Source of the DNA: Bigelowiella natans CCMP2755 | Taxonomy: Eukaryota > Protista > Cercozoa | Direction of reading: 5' to 3' | NCBI GenBank assembly: GCA_000320545.1 | Contig: ADNK01000542.1 | Span: 62,001 to 126,000 of the forward strand | DNA: 64,000 bases | Translations under genes and position numbers: made by a program | Shown: positions 55,280-64,000 of the stretch, one piece after another | How the letters are laid out: every line of letters begins with the position of its first letter | How positions within the stretch are numbered: the stretch's first letter is position 1 | Notes under the pieces: generated by a model | Databases searched by the model: none | Seen by the model: only the letters and a program-made list of their open reading frames with translations | Told to the model about the DNA's origin: nothing

Positions 55280-56940
55280 TGGCGAATCGATGTTGGTGTG
55301 AACATGGAATCTTTTTCGTTGAGTTGCATTTTTCCTGAGCATCGTGTGGTGCAGATGAAATGAACTTGATCACGTGACATCGCTGCGGTTTGACAACGAT
55401 TTGGACGCATGTTGCAACGCCGCACAGTCAATTGTGACAGATGGACAATGACGCTTGTTGTGCCAGCATGACCACTTGTGCACGATCGCACTCGTGCTGT
55501 CACCATCAAGAGTTTCATTTGGATGCCATCGATCCAGTTTGAATGAGGCAATCCACCTGCGTCACTGGTTGTGTCTGCAGCCTGCTAGCTCGACAGTGGC
55601 GGGGCCACAATTCTCAAGTTCAAACACAATGCACACGTGTCAACGAAACGTGTGAAACAAAGGTCGCATTGTGATGAAAATTTCAGCACAGCCAGGCAGC
55701 ACGTGCCTCCATGAAGTGAAGGCGGGAAAGGTGTGACCCGCTGACCTCTTCTTTGTTGCGTGGGAAGGTCGCAGGTGTTTCTCCAATTGTGCAATGCAAG
55801 ACTGTTTCCAGACTCAGAGCCCTCTTGCCAGACAAGAGAATCTGACGAATTTTCAGATCGTTGGATCGAGCCCTGAAGGCCATTGCCTTGTCTGATGACA
55901 GTGAGAGCTTCAGTGCCAAAGAGACCGCGCATCGTTTTTCAACCGTGGAATCACAAGCAATGAAGATCACTTTTTTGGCCCTTTTCGACAAGATTTTTCG
56001 GAGTTGAGTTTTCATCGTGACGATGATGAGGCACCCATTGCAATTGCTGCCCTCTAGCGACCAGTCTGAGTGGCGCACCAACGATGCACACAACGAGACT
56101 CAGCACACCACACGATGCGCATGAGAACAGCGAGGGACTGTCGAGATGGTTCAAACCTTCCTTCCGTGCTAGCGTGCTAGCGTGGCTGGGTGGGTCGATC
56201 GTTCAAGGAAGAGCGTGCATGTTGCATTGAAACTCTCAATTTTGTGGGCAGTTGCCGCGACCCACTGGACCAAATGATCAACCCACTTGACTGGGAAGCA
56301 AGTGAACGAACGAACGAGTGCACGAATGAGAGTGCTGGAGTGCACGAGTGAAGCGCACTTCAAAGGTGTGACCAGAAAGATCATCTGCAGATGTGTCAAC
56401 TCATTCACTTCCTCTCCAATGGAAGAACGAATGAACGAGTGATTGAAGTGATCCAAATAGCAAGCCAGGAAGAAAGAACGAAGAGTTTGTTTGAACGATG
56501 CGAGCAAATTGAACGAGCAAGTGAACGAAAGGAGTGATTCCGGTTGAGTGAGTGAACGAATGAGTGAATGAACGAACGAAGTGATTCCAAGGGAGATCTG
56601 AAAGGATCATTGGACGTGCCAACTCATCCACATCCTCCTCAACTTGCCAACCAAGAAAAGTTGAGGGTTCGTTCATTCACGCGAGGTTCACCGCAGTTCA
56701 AAGTTCGCAAGAAAAAGAACTGCTCAAAGGGAAATAAGAAACAAGAAACAATGTTGATTGACTGCATTTCCAAAGCGTTGCGTGACACTTGCAAAGTGCG
56801 AAACGCAGTGCCTCGAGCTGAAAACAACGAGGAGGCTGGCGAAGACTGGGAGACAGCAGGGGGCTCGTCACCTTGAATGGAACCGCACATCACTGATGGC
56901 TCGAGAATCTGAGGTGTGCGACAATGAAAAAAAAGACAGC
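55280..56940 (-). mobile_element. Degenerate Ty1/copia-like retroelement relic inside TpA-depleted island 2
   Basis: ORF 55683-56093 contains NGCLIIVTMKTQLRKILSKRAKKVIFIACDSTVEKRCAV. This aligns to the copia post-integrase SH3-like motif FGCLAYVHVPKEKRKKLDPRAKKCIFVGY....KGYRV. Only 6 TpA occur in ~1.66 kb. Confidence 0.6.
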
Positions 56941-57218
56941 TAAACACAAAAAAATGTGGGTAAGACGGCCCATATTTAGGATGAAAAGGGCCTCCATTTT
57001 GAACCATTATCTGCCAAAAACACTCCACAAATAAGAATTAAGAACCAAATTCAAAATTTCAAAAAAATGGGGAAAGCTCCAAAGCAACCATCGATGCCGA
57101 AGGACTAGTATTTGAGGGCGCTTGGCTCACGTTGAGGCTCATCAGAAACATAGTTGATTCCTCGCTATCCCATTCATGGGTTTTCCAGATCAAGTAGGTG
57201 TTGTAGTGGGCAAGTAAG

Positions 57219-59194
57219 ATGGTGAGCAGGCCGCAGCTCACCTTCATCTATTTGGAGGCAATTGGCATTCTCCTAACTTTAGCTCGGTGCTCTGCTGAGA
57301 GTAACATCCGCAAAGATGTAAATAGTAATGGTTGCAATAATTGCACTGCATCATTATCGTCTTGGGTATTGCCTTCAGCAGCACAACCACCACCACCATC
57401 AACAACATATTCTTCTGCCGCTCCTCTCTACTTGGAGCTGGTGTCCTCCGTTCATCAGCATTCAAATTCATATCCGGGGGGAATTTTGACTGATGATCTA
57501 GTATTCGACACTGACATGGTAGTACAGCGAAATCTTTCTACAAATGGGAAATCCAACGAGAGCCCTCCTCTTTCCAAGAATAGCAGCTCCTATTTACGTA
57601 GCCGCGAGACACTCAATGCCATTACCAGTACATCCAAGGTGAAACAGGGTAGAAATACAAAAGAGGTGAAATCATCGGAAGCGACTGGATCGTCAAAAAT
57701 GCACCATTACCCTGGGTTCGTTCAAAACGCACAAGCAGCAGCTAAAAATAGTAAAGTTGCTGTTTTCGACCAGAACAAGGAGCTCCTTCGAGAGTCGCCA
57801 GAAAAAGAAGGGTTGAGCAATAACTTTGCATCAGAGAACGAAAGTGCACAGAAAAAGGGAACGGACAGCGAGCTAAACAAAAAATACTTAACTCAGAATC
57901 TGTTTGGCGAAAAAAGTGCAGCATCAAGCAATATTATCTCTGAGGTGCCATCACCACAACACGAAAAGGATAATAATCGTTTTGAACAGAAAACAGTTTC
58001 TAGAAAATTTAGTGGCCCAGCAAATCGGAAAAGAATGGAAAAGACAAAGATAAAGTCGAATGTTACTCCTATACATCCAAGAGATGTTAATAAGAAGAAA
58101 GGTTCCAAGAATGACATTCATCGTCGTAGCCTTCCCAACAGTGGTGATGGTGGCATGCTAACAGTCGAAGAGGCTCAAAGTTGTCGGGAAAAGCTCCGAA
58201 ATCTCTGCCCAAATGCAAAGGTGAGTATGAATGCTATTTGAGGATCTAAATTGCAGGATAGCAAATTGCCATATATAGGCGGCCAATCATACCCGTCTTC
58301 TTTCTGTATATACATGTACGGAGAAGTGCGTTTTTTGGCTTTTATTTATATGTTCTTTCTTTCTAATCTTCTCCAAACTCCCAAACCTCCTTCAGACTCC
58401 AAAAGCAATTTTGTCCTGTGTGGCCTTACACAAGGAAGTATTGGAGAAAGAAAACTGTCCTACCGAGCCACCTCGACAACATAGAAGAGGGGGGGGAGGA
58501 ATAAGGCATCGCAGCAACCGAAAACGTCAACAATACAACCGCAACTCTGGGGGAAGAGAGCAGGAGAAACAACAGCTGACGTCGACGAGACCTTTATCTC
58601 CTCATCCTCCTACCCATCATTCTTCGTCTTCATCAGGCAGAGGCAGTCCATGGTGGTTGGACCCTCTACCATGGTGGATGCCACCGGTAAATTAGAAGAG
58701 AAAGCAAAGCTACTATTTCATATTAACTTTTTTACGATGCTGCTGCTATTGCTGCGCTGCTGCTACTGCTGAGATCATCAATGATTTTTTTTCATGCGAT
58801 TCGTGCACATTTTGTACACAGCCACCAGAATGGGGTCCACTGCCTCCAACGATGTATGTATCGTATTTTCATCAGCCGAAGGCGGGTACGTAAAATGATT
58901 AAAATTTGAAAATCATAACATTACTTATCTTTGACACTGATTCCTTCTTTCTTCTTCTACCCTTTCCTCACACAAAACACTTCATCATCATAAATCTAGC
59001 CATAATTCAGACATAACTTTGCAAAAGAATACGATACCCTAATTTCGATCTCTTATCTACTACATCTTTCATATAAATTATTCTATCCAGCCCCGACAAC
59101 AACGCAAAACTATGCACCATTATATAATCCCGGCGGATTTAACCCTGTATCTCCGTATCGGATAACGACGCGAACCTCAGTTATTGAACCTTGA
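57219..59194 (+). CDS. Secreted low-complexity protein with a small Cys motif and Pro-rich tail
   Basis: Signal-peptide-like LEAIGILLTLARCSA, a 340-aa first ORF, CREKLRNLCP..ILSCVALHKE..C, and short terminal exons ending RTSVIEP*. Confidence 0.6.
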
Positions 59195-60184
59195 GAAAGA
59201 TTGTTGATCGTTTAAATTAGTGGCAATGCTCGTTATCTCAAAGGTGCCGAGCACTTGGCTGTAAGGTGCCGCGAATGCGCTTTTTGCGTGACGTGCATAG
59301 TTTATGCTGAGATGTATACAGCCGGCATACTTATGCACATGCAACGACAATGATAGCAAATGCAAACGGAAGACAAGCAGTTAAAAGTTTTTGTTATTAA
59401 TCCAATAATTGCACGTGTATGTACACATCTAGACATAGCCGCCGTAGACTGAGCTCGCTCACTACTTTATACGATCGACAAATGGCTATAGGCAGGAATA
59501 CTCCTCTTCATCATGCCATCTAGCCATGCTTGCATGCCATGCACACACATGCCTTGACAGCGACGCGAATTATCGATCTGACTCGCAATTTCATAGGTCT
59601 AAAAGTGCGTTAAAACGATTGCGTGAGGCATATAACAATGCACGTTGTGCATGCATGTGCATAATGTGCTGACTAATAATTCGCTGCGCACCATTTGCTT
59701 CGCGCTGCATGCTCATGCACGCAATCTATAGTATATCGCAATGCATTAGTCGTTTACATCTAGGCGCATACATCGATCATCGTGTCGCGCACAAATGTTG
59801 ATTGTGGCGGCCGCAATGCAAGTTGCAGCGGTGGGCTTCGCGCACGCACACGCGCATTTGTAGCACCTGGCGAAATCAATAGCCGATGTGCTGGGGTTTG
59901 CATTAGCGGCAAGTATCCTCTACGTGCGCGCGACATGCTCAGCTTGGGCATGCGTCGCGATGCAGAAGAAATGAACATCGCAGATATGTATCCATGCAGC
60001 TCGGCTCAGAAGGAGAAATAAGAAGGTTAGGACACACATTAATGAGATGGTATACTTTCCGAGAAGTATATCATATCTGCGATGCTAATAAAACATGAAT
60101 ATTATTTATACAATTTCTTAAAAATGTAACTTAAATCTCTACCACAGCCGCAACTCGAGCAACAACTCTTAAAACTTGATGATC

Positions 60185-61913
60185 TCATAATGAATCATGC
60201 TTTTGAGCAGCAAGATGGCTAATTGCCGATCTGACGGCCTCCCACGCTCTCTCAACCACTGTGTTGTGTCCAGCTCCGTCTACGCTAAGGAATTCAGTGT
60301 ATATCTTTTCACTCTTACACGTTTTGTTAGGGTTGGAATGAAGCGAAGAAGAGGGCGACGATGATAACTCTGACTGGCCGACATCAAAACTAGAGCATGA
60401 CGGGTCATTCCATGCAGGGCCCCGCTGATTCGCTGCAGCGTCAGCTAGAGCTGCTCCGTGAGTGTGAGGAATAATACCATCTTCCTTTCCATGAAGAATC
60501 AGCATAGGGGACCGGGTAGACTTTATCTGTTTTAGACTCCGAAAGCGGTGCTTGAGAAGCTGTTCTAAGGACTTTGGAGAAAGAAAAACCTCAAACGGTA
60601 GGGGTATGTACTTTTGCCATATTAGGTCAGGCAACGACGTAAATGTGGATTCAAGGACTATTGAGTGAGGTTGTTGATGATGACTTCTTGGCGAGGAAGG
60701 TGATGACGGTGACGGTGATAGTGATAGTGATGGTGATGGTGATGGTGATGATGATGATGGATACCGCTGCACATCATCTTTTCCGTTGTTATTATCAATA
60801 CCAACAGCTTGCTCTACGCCTGACGCGTAAGTAGTGGATATTTTAGAAGCCAACTGTATAGCTACAGCACCACCGAGTGAATGTCCCCAAAACATTGTCT
60901 CATTGAGGTGGAAGCCTTGCCCTAACGATGATAAACACATGTTAGCTACATCAAGTCGTTTCGCCAATCGAAGAATGAATCACTACGAATCCACGAATCC
61001 ACTGCTGTTTTTACTGCTACTGCTACTATAATGAATACAATTATTTTCACTATTACTACTCCTACTCCTCCTTCTCTCCGTTCTGTTACTACTACTACTA
61101 CCTGTGACAAATTGTAACATGGTTTCAGCATCTTCTAGCAGTCCCTCCTTAACAGGAATTTTCTCAGCATTCCGAACGAATAAACGCCGATAAGGTTAAT
61201 TATCCTCGTTACCTCGTCAGGCCATCCCTCAGAGTCTCCAAATCCTCGATAATCGAACGCAAAGACCTTGGGAAAATGTGTATAGACTAAGTTGGTAAGG
61301 AACGATACAAGCACATGCAAGCACAAACACATAGAGATCCAATGTAACTAGGGCGTACGTGAAATCCCATGGAGGCCAGGAGTCTATACTTTTCCACATG
61401 ATGATAACTAGCTCTGTTGCATCTGATGTGGATAATGAAGAATAGTCAAGATGATAACCTGGCAACAGCAACCAACAAGTAGTGTCCAAACTACCCATTT
61501 CCATGAAAGTAGAGAACAGCCTTTGCTGCTGGCGAAAGCAGCGGCGCGTTACTTGTTGAAGTTGCAGGAGGGTATGATGCTGATTCAATGTCTGAAGAAC
61601 CAGGTGAAATAATCCACCCGTTTAATGCGCCCGCATGGCCATCTAATGAAACGAAGCGAGCGTTCGGAAGGCCCGGAAATGTCTTCGCTTGATACGGAAG
61701 GATGCTATCCAGTTGAGGAAAAATGTAGGGCTGGTTTGGGTTTTGAAAGTCACATTGAGGCCAAACCACCGAGAGAAGCTGAAGATAAACGAAAAGTCCT
61801 TGTACAGACTTTTGAGTGAGTAGGAAGGCCGATAACGTCGTTACGACGAAGACGAATAGGAGAACTTCAGAAGCTTTAAGCACGCGAATGCATAGCGAGC
61901 GGGAAATGCACAT
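60185..61913 (-). CDS. ABHD12/ABHD13-like alpha/beta hydrolase with an N-terminal TM segment
   Basis: AVLYFHGNG, VFAFDYRGFGDSEGWPDE, FWGHSLGGAVA, IVLESTFTSL, LILHGKEDGII and GAGHN supply the Ser-Asp-His triad motifs. Confidence 0.9.
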
Positions 61914-62198
61914 GCTTATGAATTTATTATTAGTCGTTGGATTTCTTTTCCGGAGCCATGATCCTTAACCTGTTTGGTTCTGCTCCACAGTACCTCTGTC
62001 TCTTCTAAATGGCAAGGCAGCGGTGGCTTCGCATCCTCGTCCTTGGGAACAAAAACCAATCTCCTCTATTGTAAAGGAAAAACATAGGATTTATCATGTA
62101 CGACATCCACAATAATGCTAAATTCTACGGTAATCCACGCCATTACATTGACTGCATCATCATCAAATGGTCTCTTCATTCAGTGCAATTATTGTTCG

Positions 62199-62582
62199 TT
62201 AGTTAGTTAGTTAGTTAATCTTTTCGCGCCCTTGACTTCCCAGCTATGTTGTTACACCGAAGTGATTTTCATAGTGGATGTTGTCTCATAACGGACATTG
62301 CGAAAGTCAAAATCGTATTGTTGTTATGATGTTAATTTTTATTTGGCAACAACAAAAACAGCAACAATAAAAACAGCAACAATAACAACAACAATAACAA
62401 CAAAAATAAAAAGAAAAAAGTTTATTAGTCCTATAAGTCACAAATTTTGCTATGTTTTGCCATGCAAGTTTTGACTTTCGCAATGTCCGTTATAAGAGAA
62501 CATCCACTATGAAAATCACTTCGGTGTAACAACATAGCTGGGAAGTCAAGGGCGCGAAAAGAATAACTAACTAACTAACTAA
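62199..62582. repeat. Long inverted repeat (MITE/foldback-like), arms 62199-62312 and 62469-62582
   Basis: The arms are reverse complements with 3 mismatches seen by eye. The spacer is ~156 bp and AT/CAA-rich. The outer ends are (TTAG)n and (CTAA)n. Confidence 0.92.
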
Positions 62583-62818
62583 TAACAACAATAACAACAA
62601 CATTATCATCATCATTACATGTAGGAACGAGTAGATCTAGAAGTGAACGACGATAACAACAACCCTCAAGAAGAATGAGGGGGAGGGGGAGGAGGAAGAT
62701 GATCAATCAATAGGGGGAGGAAATCCCATTTATTACAATTACAATCAGCTTGTGTGCAACGGATATAAAGTCTTTCCTCCACATGTTTAATGAGTCGCGC
62801 AGCAGCATTCATTATTGA

Positions 62819-63954
62819 ATGTTGATCTCATTCTTGCTGTTATGGACGGCGGCTGCTCTATGCACCACGCTCAGAGGTAATCGAGCTGTTGGGGGAAGGT
62901 GGCTTTCTCATCACCGCTGGCATGGTATTCCGGTTTCATGGAAAGTGCAGAAAAAAAGATCACGACGAGACAATACACATATCGCGAGAGTCTCCAGCAT
63001 CACATTATCACGGCTAAACTTTGCCCGGGGCATTCTTGCTCTTTCCCTGGAAGCTACGTGCATAGATGTGGAATTACCAACAAATGGAGGATATGTCAGC
63101 GAATGCATGAAAAATTCGACACAGAAATTCAAACTGAATGGGGGGGAGACGCTCACCCTTAAACAAGGATGGGACGGTCGTCCAGGTTTATACTGCTGCA
63201 GCGTGTGTTGTGCATGTGAGTGAGTGAGTGAGTGTGTGTCCTTACATGTATTTCAAAATATTTCTTAGATACTGCTAATAAGGTTAGCACTCCAATCTAC
63301 TTAGTGATCATGTGACTTCTCTCTACTTCTTCTCCTCCTTCTTCTCCTCATACGAATAATAACAATGATGATACCAAAGGTCACACAGGAACTTCAGTAT
63401 GGCAATCTGGAAAAGCACTTGCGGCATATATGGAAGATCTTGGCCCAGAGTTCTGGTCGGATAAAAAGGTAATTGAGCTTGGATGTGGGACTGGATTGGG
63501 TTCTTTGACAGCGCATTGGCTGGGAGCTGCAGAAGTTTTAGCCACGGATGGAAACGTGGATGTACTTGACCTTGCGGAAGAAAACATCAAGAGCAACAGA
63601 TGCCACAACAGAAGCCAATCATCAACAATCCGAACAGTGAACTTGAAGTGGGGAGGGTCGCTACCCTTGGAGCTACAAAAGGAATGGGATATCGTAATTG
63701 GAAGCGATTTAACATACAATGGGCAGGTTTGGATCCAACTAGCAGAAACTGTGGCTCAGCTTCTAGACTCAAATCCAGCATGTAAGTTTCTCTATTGCTC
63801 AGCCAAACATGCACAATTTTCGGCGGAATTGTCAGGTTTTCAAACTGTCATAGAATCTAAAGGGCTGAGATGGACAAACGAGACAACTTTAGTGCTTCCA
63901 GGGACTAAACAAAGTGCCTCCATAGCATGGATTGTACGATCAGACGTCATCTAA
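62819..63954 (+). CDS. Methyltransf_16 / METTL21-like protein lysine methyltransferase with a bipartite-like leader, one intron
   Basis: HTGTSVWQSGKALAAYM, KKVIELGCGTGLGSL, VLATDG, LKWG and WDIVIGSDLTY. The leader MLISFLLLWTAAALC is followed by an R-rich segment. Confidence 0.88.
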
Positions 63955-64000
63955 CCTAAGTAAACAATGGAATGATGGTTATACGAAGGTTTGTCAAGCT

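Noticed and set aside
55228-55551. SNWIDGIQMKL as the start of a copia reverse transcriptase
   Set aside because: Similarity is too weak and no downstream RT motifs are visible.
49990-56940. Classical RIP or CpG-methylation decay as the cause of island composition
   Set aside because: Those processes raise TpA or deplete CpG. Here TpA is nearly absent and CpG is plentiful.
62199-62217. (TTAG)n as a telomeric repeat
   Set aside because: It is only 4-5 units, internal, and part of the inverted-repeat ends.
1-64000. tRNA, rRNA or CRISPR arrays
   Set aside because: None recognisable by eye. A tRNAscan or Infernal search was not possible.

Overview
Intron-rich, microsatellite-laden eukaryotic nuclear DNA. 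It is most consistent with a chlorarachniophyte-type alga (inference from a chlorophyll b reductase NOL homolog, several signal-peptide-plus-transit-peptide-like leaders, and DUF6816, DUF493 and PPR plastid-type genes). I assembled about 16 mostly multi-exon genes by eye: amidohydrolase_2, a multi-pass membrane/TKL kinase fusion, a type II membrane GT-like protein, a PPR protein, a large secreted coiled-coil protein, a degenerate GH31, NOL, a CE15 plus alpha/beta-hydrolase fusion, DUF6816, a tandem-PAS protein, an SGNH hydrolase, a papilin-type Cys-repeat protein, DUF493/YbeD, a secreted low-complexity protein, an ABHD12/13-like hydrolase and a METTL21-like methyltransferase. The most striking signal is not a gene. 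Two islands (~49990-50830 and ~55280-56940) have almost no TpA dinucleotides, keep their CpG, and their few surviving TpA lie mostly in CTAG. One island holds a Ty1/copia relic whose conserved Tyr codons read as Cys (TGT/TGC). This suggests a repeat-directed TpA->TpG/CpA hypermutation, the reverse of fungal RIP. A milder CTAG-, TGCA- and CATG-rich signature marks every convergent (tail-to-tail) spacer. Gene orientation alternates except at the two islands. A ~114-bp-arm inverted repeat sits in the last divergent promoter. Gene boundaries and counts were made by eye and are approximate.
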